A DNA stretch of 63,976 bases, the filler included, from Thelocarpon superellum (Eukaryota): NCBI GenBank assembly GCA_026025795.1. It is 2 parts of 2 records of this genome, joined end to end, with 100 filler letters (N's around TTAATTAATTAA, not from the genome) between each part and the next. Parts side by side here need not be neighbours in the genome. Positions count along the whole stretch, not along the records: positions 1 to 31,970 come from JAPEUG010000186.1; 1 more part is not named here. One strand, 5' to 3'. The notes under the pieces are model-generated. The model was not told the DNA's origin. It searched no databases and saw nothing but the letters and a program-made list of their open reading frames with translations. How positions within the stretch are numbered: the first letter of the stretch is position 1; each line of letters opens with the position of its first letter. Positions 1 through 10,060 of the stretch are shown here, piece by piece. The translations under genes and the position numbers were made by a program.

Positions 1-887
1 TGGGTTGGCTGGTCAAACGGGGTCCCTGCCGAGAGCGATGGGCGAACATTAAGCCAGGCGCGGCATCGATCGGAGCCTTGCCCGTGCGAGTTCAGCACTA
101 CGCTTCGGGTTCGAGGGAGTCGAGAGGTCATCCTCCTCGCTTCCTCGTCTCATCGCGTCGCCGGGTTTACACGGAGTCTGCAGGTTGGTCGATCCCTCGC
201 CACGGGGGTTCTTCGAGGTTTAGCCGGGCCGGTCGCAAGGTGTGACACGCCACCCACGAAGGAGGAACGAGGAATTACTCGCCCTGCCCACCGGTAGTGT
301 TTCGCAGCGAAGGAGCGTCTTTCGCGGCAGACCTGACTTTCGGCTCTTCCTAACAATGGTTTGATGCGTTGTCTATCATCCCGCTCTCGCATGCCAACCC
401 CACTGTCTTACGTCGTAGCGCCCGCCGTCCTCGACACCGACACTCGGCACTTGAGCTGATCATCGTGGTCTCAGGGTAATGCGTCCTACAGTCCGCACGC
501 CTGACGACGTCGGACGTTGGAAGCAGGGTCAAGCAAGAACTTACTCCAGGAGTCTGGTCGTATTCCGGAGTCGAGCCTCGTGGTGCTTGATCATCGTTAT
601 GGGTAGTCATGCTCTGGCATCCAATGGTCGAGGTCGTCGATATGGCCATCAATTCACGTCCGTGGGCTCAACATGCTGCCGCTCAACGACAGCAAAGCTG
701 ACCTACCCCCGTCGTGGAAGAAATGCACGGCTACAGATCGATGACAAGTCTCGTCAAGTTTGCAAGTGCTTTGTTTGATCATCTCACGATCCAATTAAAT
801 CTATAAAGAATGATGAGTCCGACAAAGTCATCACCACCAGGGATGACGGTCTAGATGTAAAGGCCCTGCGGAAGAAATTTGCATCAA

Positions 888-2218
888 TCACATCAATAAC
901 GCCACACACGACAGAAGCAGACCAAGGCAAGACAGGCCCTTGGCATGTATTCTCCCTCCCGCATTGGTCGTCTCAACGGCAACGTTGGCACCAGAGGTTG
1001 GTGTCGGGATCAGAGTCATCACTGTGCTGGAGAGTGATGGCAGGGTGCCGCCAGAATTGGCAGCGGCCGTGGCACTCTGGGCGGCAGATGCCGGCACCGT
1101 AATCGTTTGCCCCGACGTACAAGAGGAGCTGGATGTCGGCACCATGACCGTCTGCGGCGATGGACAAGGCGAGGACGATGCCGGCACCGTGACCGTCTGC
1201 GGCGATGGACAAGGCGAGGACGATGCCGGCACCGTGACCGTCTGCGGCGATGTGCAAGGTGTGGTGGGTGTCGGCACCGGTATCATCTGCGGCGATGTAC
1301 AGGCTGAGCCAGGAGAAGCACCACCTTGCGCGTTACTCATGAATGTATCCATCTGTTCTCCTGGATTGATTGCAAAAACCATCCCCGCACGGCAGTGCGA
1401 CTGCGTCACCGTCTGCGCGCAAAAGAACCACTGTGGATCGCTGCTGTCGACGCGATAGGTGACCATGAACATGTTGTTGAGGCTTTGTGGATTGTAATGG
1501 TGGAAGTCGGTGTTGAATCCACCACTGCCGACACAGGGATTGCTGAATGATGACTGCGTCAAAGTGTCATTGGTACCAAGGAAGTTGAAGATGACGACGT
1601 CGCCGACGGCGGCATTGAGCTGGTTGGGCTGGAAGGTAGGCTGACCCGCAGCCCCCACGTCGACACGATGCGTGGTTGGTGCAATCACTGCCGCCGCACT
1701 CGCCGGCGGAGTCGAGGGCAGACTGGCGGGTGATGGTTCGAGGGGAGGGGCCTCCGGGGCTACGCTCGCAGTGCTGGACGCCACCGTGGTGCTGGATGCG
1801 ACGGATGAAGTCGAGCCGGGAGCTGTGGCAGAGATGGAGATGGGTACTCCGATCTTGGCACATGTGTCGCTGACTGTCTGTGCGATGGCTATACAAGAGT
1901 TTAGCAGGGCTGGCACGGCGAGAAGCGCCTACCTTACCTTTCTGATCCGATGGCGAACACGCCTTCTCGACGCAGCTCGTGACCTGAGTCTGCAGGCTGG
2001 TCTTGCTGCAATGGCATTTGAAGTCGGTCAGACCCGCGCAGCCGTCACCCGTCAGAGCGGTAGTAAAGCAAGAAATCTAGGACTTCGGGTCAGTCACAGT
2101 CCCACCCATGCCTCTTGAGTCTTACTCCACATGACGGGATATTCGGAAGTCCCTGGGCAGCGATGGTTGACAGCAGCAGAGGGACGACAGCGAGGACGTG
2201 GACTACGGTCAGAATCAT
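888..2218 (-). CDS. Secreted, probably GPI-anchored CFEM-cupredoxin fusion protein (3 exons: 2218-2126, 2076-1938, 1888-888)
   Basis: Signal peptide MILTVVHVLAVVPLLLSTIAAQ. Splicing two 49-nt GT-AG introns (2125-2077, 1937-1889) gives an 8-Cys CFEM domain (PSCG-ISCFTTALTGDGCAGLTDFKCHCSKTSLQTQVTSCVEKACSPSDQK-AIAQTVSDTC). This is followed by a S/T/P linker, a fungal cupredoxin-like domain (TFQPNQLNAAVGDVVIFNF...QWFFCAQ...HCRAGMVFAINP), Cys-containing repeats and a hydrophobic C-terminal tail. Confidence 0.85.
1087..1302 (-). repeat. Intragenic 45-bp tandem repeat, ~5 units (encodes C-[PT]-S-P-Q-T-V-T-V-P-A-S-S-S-P)
   Basis: Unit gatgccggcaccgtgaccgtctgcggcgatggacaaggcgaggac recurs near-identically, with degenerate outer copies. 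Confidence 0.9.
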
Positions 2219-3060
2219 CTTGAGAAGTGGAGAGAGGGTCACGTCCGGGTGGAATTGCCAAGTGACGGCCTCAAAACAATGGAGGACGTGGGCAAAGAAT
2301 CCCACGAGATGTGGGGACTAGAGCACAAGCAGGGATTGCACTTCGAGTTGAGCAGATCATCTGGGTCCCGCGTCTACCTCCACGCCGGCTTCTCCTCTCC
2401 ACGGCATTACAGTAGTCTGACAACATCAGACCCATGAACCGGTCCAAAACCACGGGGGCGAGACCTTCCGCTCGCCGAGGCCCGCCCTGTTGCTTGAGGT
2501 CGTCAGGGATCCTTCGATTCTAGAAGACTTCTAGAACGGTTTGCGAAGGCGGTGGATCAAAGTAAATTCAATGGTGGCCCAGCGATCGCTTGTCGCAATG
2601 CGAATCTCGGAATGACGCCGTGCTTCAAACCTAATCTCAAACACAGCTGGACCCTGTCCGGCGGAGCGGGGTCTGCCGGCCGTTGCGAAATCGGACGCCC
2701 TGAATCGCTGTCATGGCGGATATGTATGACAATCTCGGCAACTGTGGATGGGGCGCATGATGTTCGCCGATCTTGCAGATGCCTTCTCCCCCGTTCCGCT
2801 GCAACGTTGCAGGGCTGGATGGAATATGATCGGGCCCGCGCCAAACCTCCCGCCTAACCTCCCGCCTCACCGACTGTCAAGTTGAGCATGGTCACGTTTC
2901 AGCCATGTCATGTGATCCGGACGTTCTCAGCAGCCTGTCGGAAGATGACATAACCAGCAGCTGGTCATGGAAGGCGGAACGGGAAATGCCGCTTTGTTGG
3001 TTCCCATATAATTGGTATGGGGAGACCCAAGCAGAGTTTTATCAGCCAGCTGTAGGAGCG

Positions 3061-3083
3061 CGCACGTGACCTGGTCACGTGCG
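3061..3083. promoter_or_regulatory. Perfect inverted repeat containing two CACGTG E-boxes (candidate bHLH site)
   Basis: cgcacgtgacc-t-ggtcacgtgcg: 11-bp arms around a 1-nt centre, ~850 bp upstream of the CFEM-cupredoxin ATG. Function is inferred. Confidence 0.45.
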
Positions 3084-3415
3084 TACTCCTATGACTATCC
3101 CGACTACGCTTAGATTAGCAACTCAGCTCTGATTCCTACATAGCCTTAATACTATCTACACTGTATTCCCACTGCGCAACACAGCCGCTCTCCCCAGCGA
3201 AGAGCCCCAGACTTGCTGTGTTGGTAATTCCCCAGCGCACGATCAATGCCATCAGTCAATCATCATTCTATACTATAGTCTATAAGGTGTATTATAGGTG
3301 TATCTAGTGACATGGATGGACTCGGAGGCCTCCGAAGTCATGAAACGTTGGAAGAATCACATAGGTATCGTACAGGAAATTTTGTGTCGACCGGACAAGG
3401 GTCATGTAGGTGGGA

Positions 3416-4521
3416 TCAGTTGCCCAACAGCTTTCCAATTGTTGCAGTGACGTTGAGCTCGATGTGCTGCGCGGTCGCGGCCAAGGACTTTTCGAAATAG
3501 GGAAGGTGTTGGCCGTGGAACGTGACGCTTTTCCCCACGGCATCGATGGGAAGGACGCCGGAAGGGAAGTCCGCCGTCTTCTCAAGCACCAGACTCTGGT
3601 TGACGGTCGCCCGCATCTCCACCGTGTTATTGCCAGGCATTATGGTCAGGTTTTCGATGGTCGAGGTGCCGATGAGGTCCTTCTCCACGAACAGGTCCAT
3701 CGTCAGGTTGCCCTTAGACCGGTCAGCAACTTCCGCTATTTCCGGTTCTGATGACCTACCAGCTGCACCGTCATCGGCGACGGGTTGGGCACATAGACGA
3801 TGCCGAGCATGTTGGCGCCATCGGATGCTGGCGAAAGGAGAATCTGGGTCTGCGTGACGTTGAAGCCGCGGAGATTATTGAGACCTTTCAAACTGAGGAC
3901 GTGGTTGAAATTGACGTAGGTCGCGGGGAAGCCTCCCAGGTGGAGAAGGGGCCGGCCGCTGATGCCGAGCGTATAGGTATCGTTCTTGAAGGCGATGGCG
4001 CTGTAGCGCGCGAATTGATCCATGTCGGCAATCTGGATGGTCTGGACGAGCGAAACCGACAAGCCATCCCGGGCCACCATCCCGGGCACCTGCACATATG
4101 CAAAGGGTATGATGTTGGGCTCCAAGTCTGGGAGGAACAAGGACGCATTAAAGCCGTCCAGGGAGGCTTGGAAGGGGCTGTCGCTGTGAAGGATCTGATG
4201 TTGGTAGAGGTCGAACGAGGTGGGCGTTGGATTCGTCAACGCCATCGCCGTCACCTCGATTGTGGCACTGTCGACGCCCGCTTGAGCCAGATGTGGAAAG
4301 AAGACATCGAGGCTGCTTCGTGGTCAGAATAGCAGGCTCATCATGCCGGCGCCGCTCTGGCTCATCACTCACACCAATAAGATAAAGGTAACCAGCCCCA
4401 CGACCGCACCAACCAGGTGGAAATACCAGAAACGCCGATAATGCTCCTTGATCTTCTGCGCCCTGCGGGGTGGCAGCTTGATGCTGCTGTGCACGAGGCT
4501 GCTATGGATCTCGCTGGACAT
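3416..4521 (-). CDS. DUF3712 (Tag1-like) single-pass membrane protein, 3 exons
   Basis: ATG at 4521 gives MSSEIH...KEHYRRFWYFHLVGAVVGLVTFILL (type II TM). After an intron the sequence reads FFPHLAQAGVDSATIEVTAMALTNPTPTSF...PFAYVQVP...LKGLNNLRGFNV...NPSPMTVQL, then after a second intron GNLTMDL...IMPGNN. These motifs are typical of fungal DUF3712 proteins. Confidence 0.8.
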
Positions 4522-5867
4522 GATCACAGTGAGGACGTGGAACCGGCCACTCCCAGTACCCCAAAAACAAAGGAAGAGAAGGACAGAGTCGAAGGATCAA
4601 GCCCGTCACCCCATCGGAGTGCAAAGAATGTGGGGGAATCTTCAAGGGCATCCGGGTGCCCCGTCATCGCAGCGTCATGGTCGAGGCACGAGGATCTTGT
4701 CCGGGCGAGGGGAAGGAGAAAGTCTCTCGAGCGCGTTGCATGAGTTTACAAGGAGCATTGACACTGTTGATACACCACCTCGTGTATCTACGCGGAAACT
4801 CAACTTTGACATGACAATTGTGTCACAGGGTCCATCTGCCGAGGACTACGCGTCATCATAGAGCGGAGAGAAAAGAGACGATCATCAACGAACTGGCGGG
4901 GGATCACCCCTTCACCAGCTTGACCCGATCGTGGTCGGGATGACGGTGTAACAGAGCGATCGGAGGGTGCGCGGAGGAAGCTCGCCTCCAGAAGAGAGTC
5001 CGCCAAACCCACGAAACGCCGACGTCCTTCTAGAAGTCTTCCAGGCGGCGTCGATGCTCACGACGATCGGCCGGATAGATTTGGTGGAACTAGGATCCTT
5101 TGCTCCTCAGCGACCGACCTATAGCGACCGTAGGACGGCCTCGGATCGGCGTTGAGTGCCGGGCAGGTGCTTACTGCGAGAAGAGAGGTCAGCAAGAGTG
5201 TTCAGAGCGAAGAGATCAACGCATGACATGATGTTGCACGTGGAGCGAGCTGGCCCGTCTACACCCTAGCACGTCTGGCATCGCACAAGCGAGTTTCCGG
5301 CGTCCTCCTTGATTGCCGAATAACCAAGACCCCATCCGATCGTTCCCCTGGCTATCAGGACCAAACCTAATCCAGCCGCACCTACGCCTGCGTGCACACA
5401 GGTGATGTGGTCCGAGCTGGCTTCTCCCGCAACTGGCCGACAACCTCGAGCGAGAGTTTCCTTGAGACCTTGCTTCAAGGGGCCGGGTTCTAGAAGAACT
5501 TGACGCGGAACCAGACTTACTCGTGCCATGGTTTGATTTCGGCCCCTGGCGCTGTGCGCTTCTTGAACATCTTGGACCGACGTGCTGTGTATGAGATGCA
5601 ACGGGGACCACAAGATGTGACAGGTTGCTCTCCACCCATCGGTGCCATCGATACTGGGGCGCGGGGGGTGCGAGTCGGGTCTTGACCTCAGTCATGGTTA
5701 GGGTCAGGGCGGTTAGGTGACCCACAGATGGCACATTGGCGGGGCTTGAAAACGAGCGGCCCACGTTGCCGCTCACATTTATGAACGACGAGACGCCTTC
5801 TCCAGTCTACCAGTCCTCCATCTCTCTTCGTCCTACGCCCATCTCGTGAGCACTCATCCTAACCACA

Positions 5868-6493
5868 ATGGCCCCATCTCGACTTCTCTTCTTGGCGGCG
5901 TTGTTTTCCTTCACTTCGATTGTTGCCGCGCAAGGAATCCCCAATATTCCATCGTGTGGTCTTCCCTGCTTCACCCAGGCCCTGACCAGCGATGGCTGCG
6001 CTGGCTTGACCGATTTCAAGTGTCATTGTGGCAAAACGCAGCTCACGACTCAAGTGACGACTTGTGTCCAGAAAGATTGCCCCAATGTGTCCGATCAACA
6101 AGGTAGGTGGACCTCCCGGCAGCACTCTCTATGGCGTGCTGACTCTCCGTTCCAGCCATCGCCAAGACCGTCTCCGATACCTGTGCTCAGGCCGGGGTCC
6201 CCATCAGCATACCCTCACTTGGACCCACCTCTGCCTCTTCTTCCTCTTCTTCCTCTGCTCCAGCTGCCGCGGCAACCTCGTCGACCCCAGCTCCAGCTGC
6301 GCTTACGACTCCGACTTCGGCGATAACTGTACCCCCGGCTCCGGCCTCTGTCGCCACTCCGGCTCCAGCCAATGACTCGGGTGAGGACAATGGATGCGAG
6401 GTTACATATGTTACAGCGCCTGTGCCGGCTGGCCCACCGACCACTCTCAAGAAGAAGCGGGGCCCTGCTCCTGCTCCTACTCCCTCATCGTGA
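5868..6493 (+). CDS. Secreted CFEM protein, paralogue of the 888-2218 gene (exons 5868-6102, 6156-6493)
   Basis: Signal peptide plus QGIPNIPSCGLPCFTQALTSDGCAGLTDFKCHCGKTQLTTQVTTCVQKDCPNVSDQQ. Phase-1 intron gtaggt...ctgac...cag at 6103-6155, then AIAKTVSDTCAQAGVPISI and a S/A/P/T-rich tail ending KKKRGPAPAPTPSS*. No hydrophobic GPI signal. Confidence 0.85.
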
Positions 6494-6949
6494 TCAATCT
6501 CGTGCACATGGAGTGTTACTTGGCCATGATTGGACGAGGCTGGCCTGTCGATGATCCACGCTGGGGCGCTGAGGGGGCGCTGGCATGAGCGTAGCTGGTC
6601 AGGTTTGACAGAGGCTAGGGTGTATGTGTCAGATGTGAAGTTGAGCTTTTCCTTGAGAGATTAAGCCTCTTCTTGCAACGGATAGTAAGAATTTCCAACT
6701 TTACCTTCAAACAGATGATTGGTTCGCGTTTCAATCAGACTACCTTGGTCGGTCAAGTGATGACGGTGACGGCGAAAGAAGACCGAAGCAAAATCCAGGC
6801 TCCAGCCTCAAATGGTGGTCCGACATTCGGGACTGTAGGACTTTGGCGCGTGGTGTGGAGAGTCTTCCTAATCACGTGAACTAGGTCACGTGGAGACATT
6901 TCCGGATTAGTCAGACTATGACCGCGTACCTTCAGAAAAGTTCCAGCGA

Positions 6950-9937
6950 ATGGTAGCTCAAGTCATTCAACCTCCTCTTGTCAGCATGGACGACGGGGCA
7001 GGTCCCGGAGATCGAAAGCGGGAGAGGAGTCAGGACAATAGGGGCAAGTCTCGGCCTCATCGTTCGAAGAAGCTTCGACGGGTTGGAGACGAAGAAGACT
7101 TCGAGGCAAGATGGGGGGACGAAGACGTGGTCGACGAAGGGGACGAGGAAGGGGAAGAGGAATTCCAGCAATCCCCGGCAAAGCGCGTTCGCTTGCAGGA
7201 TCCTCGAGAGGAGGAGGAGGAGGAGGAGGGGCTGGATGAAGAGACCAAGGCTGAGCGCCTACGGGAGCGCGACCTCAGAGAGCGGGATGATTTCGCGCGA
7301 CGGCTACGGGACAAGGATGAGGAGAAGACCAAAAAGATCGTCGAGGACCGGTCTTCCACCAAAGAGGGGCAGCAGACGGCCCAACGACGGGCTCTCGCAG
7401 GCGATGCCGCCAAGCGTGACGCCGCCATACCCGACCTCCGACTTCTCTCGCGGCAAGACTACCTGAAGAAACGCGAGGAGATTCAACTGGCCCTGCTCCG
7501 CAAGCAAGTGGCCGAGGAGACGGAGGAGCTGCGCACCGCCCCCGAGACCTTGTCCCGGCACGAACGAGAAGACTTTGCCAAGAATCGGGAGGTCTTGCGC
7601 CTGGCCGAGGAACGACTCCGCATCGACGACCATCGCGATGGCTACATGTTACCGGAAGACTACATCACGGAGAAGGGAAAGATCGATCGGAAACGAAAGG
7701 AGGAAGCCTTGTACAAACGATACGTCGACCGGGACGAACATGGCCAGGAGCGCTTCGTCACCGAGCAGGAGGAATGGGAGCGGGAGCAGACGACCAAGGC
7801 CAAGGCGCAGATCGCCCAGAGCGAGCGGGTCGACGAGGGGGACTATGAATATGTCTTTGATGATGCGCAGAAGATCAACTTCATCATCGACGCCCGGATG
7901 GAGGCCGATGGGAAGACGATGACCAAAGAGCAGCGGCAGCTCCAAGACCAGCTCCGGGCGGCCGAACAGAAGGCGGCGTCGATCGACGAGACGAGGAAGA
8001 GCCTTCCCATCTACACCTACCGCGACGATCTCCTGGCGGCGGTGGCGGAGTACCAGGTCTTGATCATCGTGGGCGAGACGGGGAGTGGGAAGACGACGCA
8101 GATCCCGCAATACCTGCATGAAGCCGGCTACACCAAGGACGGGCTGAAGGTGGGATGTACGCAGCCGCGGCGCGTGGCAGCCATGAGCGTGGCGGCGCGT
8201 GTGGCGGACGAGATGGGAGTCAAGGTTGGGAACGAGGTCGGATACGCCATCCGCTTCGAGGATGCGACGAGCGACAAGACCATCTTGAAGTACATGACCG
8301 ACGGCATGTTGTTGCGCGAGTTCTTGACCGAGCCCGATTTGGGCGGCTATTCGGCCTTGATGATCGACGAGGCGCACGAGCGCACCCTGCACACCGACAT
8401 TTTGTTTGGCTTGGTCAAGGATATCGCGCGCTTTCGACCGGAGCTCAAGCTACTCATCTCCTCGGCCACCATGGACGCGCAAAAGTTCGCCAAGTACTTT
8501 GACGACGCGCCCATCTTCAACATCCCGGGTCGACGATATCCCGTGGATATCCACTACACGCCACAGCCCGAGGCCAACTACCTCGCGGCGGCCGTGACGA
8601 CCATCTTCCAGATCCACATCACCCAGGGCCGGGGTGACATCTTGGTCTTTTTGACCGGCCAAGAAGAGATTGAGGCCGCGGAACAGAATCTGCAGGAGAC
8701 GGCGCGCAAGCTGGGGAGCAAGATCCCCGAGATGGTCATCTGTCCGATCTACGCCAACCTGCCATCGGAGCTCCAGAGCAAGATCTTCGAGCCGACGCCG
8801 CCCAAGGCGCGCAAGGTGGTGCTAGCGACGAACATTGCCGAGACGAGCCTGACGATCGACGGGATCGTGTACGTGATCGACCCGGGCTTCGTCAAGGAGA
8901 ACGTGTATAACCCGCGCACGGGCATGGAGAGTCTGGTGGTGACGCCGTGCTCTCGGGCCTCAGCCAACCAACGCAGCGGACGGGCGGGACGCGTGGGCCC
9001 TGGCAAGTGTTTCCGACTATACACGAAGTGGGCCTTTTACAACGAACTGGACGAGAACACGACGCCCGAGATCCAACGCACGAATCTGAACAGCGTGGTT
9101 CTCCTGCTCAAGAGCCTCGGAATCAACGACCTGATCGAGTTCGACTTCATGGACCCGCCCCCCGCGGAGACGCTCATTCGGGCCCTGGAGCAACTCTACG
9201 CGCTCGGGGCGCTCAACGACCGCGGCGAGCTCACGAAGGTGGGGCGCCAAATGGCGGAATTCCCGACGGACCCGATGCTCGCCAAGTCGATCCTCGCAGC
9301 GGACAAGCACGGCTGCGTCGAGGAGGTGCTCTCCATCATCGCGATGCTCGGCGAGGCCTCCGCGCTGTTCTACCGGCCCAAGGACAAGAAGATCCACGCC
9401 GACTCGGCCCGCGCGCGCTTCACCATCAAGGAGGGCGGCGACCACTTCACCTACCTCAACATCTGGAACCAGTGGGTCGACAGCGACTTCTCGTATGTCT
9501 GGGCGCGCGAGAACTTCCTCCAGCAGCGCAGTCTGACGCGGGCGCGCGACGTGCGCGACCAGCTGGCCAAGCTGTGCGACCGGGTGGAAGTCAGCATCGC
9601 CACGGCTGGCGCCAACAACCTCGTGCCGATCCAGAAGGCCCTGACCGCCGGCTTCTTCCCCAATGCCGCCCGTCTCCAGCGCGGCGGCGACGCCTATCGC
9701 ACCGTCAAGACGGGCATGTCCGTCCATCTGCACCCCAGCTCCACCCTCTTCGACGCCCCGCCCAAGTGGGTCCTCTTCTACGAGCTCGTCTTGACCAGCA
9801 GAGAGTACATGCGCTCCAACATGCCCATCAAGCCCGAGTGGCTCGTCGAGTCCGCCCCGCACTATCACAAGACCAAGGATCTGGACACGCTGGGGACTGA
9901 TACCAAGAAGATGCCCAAGGCAGTCGGGAAGGCGTAG
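6950..9937 (+). CDS. PRP2: Pre-mRNA splicing DEAH-box RNA helicase (Prp2 / S. pombe Cdc28 / DHX16 family)
   Basis: [42 protein letters not shown] and an HA2/OB C-terminus. The N-terminal region ([19 protein letters not shown]) is characteristic of DHX16. Exact start uncertain. Confidence 0.93.
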   Translation: MVAQVIQPPLVSMDDGAGPGDRKRERSQDNRGKSRPHRSKKLRRVGDEEDFEARWGDEDVVDEGDEEGEEEFQQSPAKRVRLQDPREEEEEEEGLDEETKAERLRERDLRERDDFARRLRDKDEEKTKKIVEDRSSTKEGQQTAQRRALAGDAAKRDAAIPDLRLLSRQDYLKKREEIQLALLRKQVAEETEELRTAPETLSRHEREDFAKNREVLRLAEERLRIDDHRDGYMLPEDYITEKGKIDRKRKEEALYKRYVDRDEHGQERFVTEQEEWEREQTTKAKAQIAQSERVDEGDYEYVFDDAQKINFIIDARMEADGKTMTKEQRQLQDQLRAAEQKAASIDETRKSLPIYTYRDDLLAAVAEYQVLIIVGETGSGKTTQIPQYLHEAGYTKDGLKVGCTQPRRVAAMSVAARVADEMGVKVGNEVGYAIRFEDATSDKTILKYMTDGMLLREFLTEPDLGGYSALMIDEAHERTLHTDILFGLVKDIARFRPELKLLISSATMDAQKFAKYFDDAPIFNIPGRRYPVDIHYTPQPEANYLAAAVTTIFQIHITQGRGDILVFLTGQEEIEAAEQNLQETARKLGSKIPEMVICPIYANLPSELQSKIFEPTPPKARKVVLATNIAETSLTIDGIVYVIDPGFVKENVYNPRTGMESLVVTPCSRASANQRSGRAGRVGPGKCFRLYTKWAFYNELDENTTPEIQRTNLNSVVLLLKSLGINDLIEFDFMDPPPAETLIRALEQLYALGALNDRGELTKVGRQMAEFPTDPMLAKSILAADKHGCVEEVLSIIAMLGEASALFYRPKDKKIHADSARARFTIKEGGDHFTYLNIWNQWVDSDFSYVWARENFLQQRSLTRARDVRDQLAKLCDRVEVSIATAGANNLVPIQKALTAGFFPNAARLQRGGDAYRTVKTGMSVHLHPSSTLFDAPPKWVLFYELVLTSREYMRSNMPIKPEWLVESAPHYHKTKDLDTLGTDTKKMPKAVGKA

Positions 9938-10060
9938 GCAGCGCTGAGCTTGCCTGGGAGAAGAGGCATACAGCGACGAAATGCTCCAGATCTTTTCATG
10001 GTTCTGCGGCCCTTCGACATCCGTAGTGTAATGTACAGCGACGAGAAGTAAGGTGCCCCC

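Noticed and set aside
1..800. Short ORFs and possible splice sites at the window start
   Set aside because: No recognisable domain, and no consistent spliced frame could be built.
5695..5717. TTAGGG-like motifs (ggttagggtcagggcggttagg)
   Set aside because: Too short and degenerate to call an interstitial telomere.
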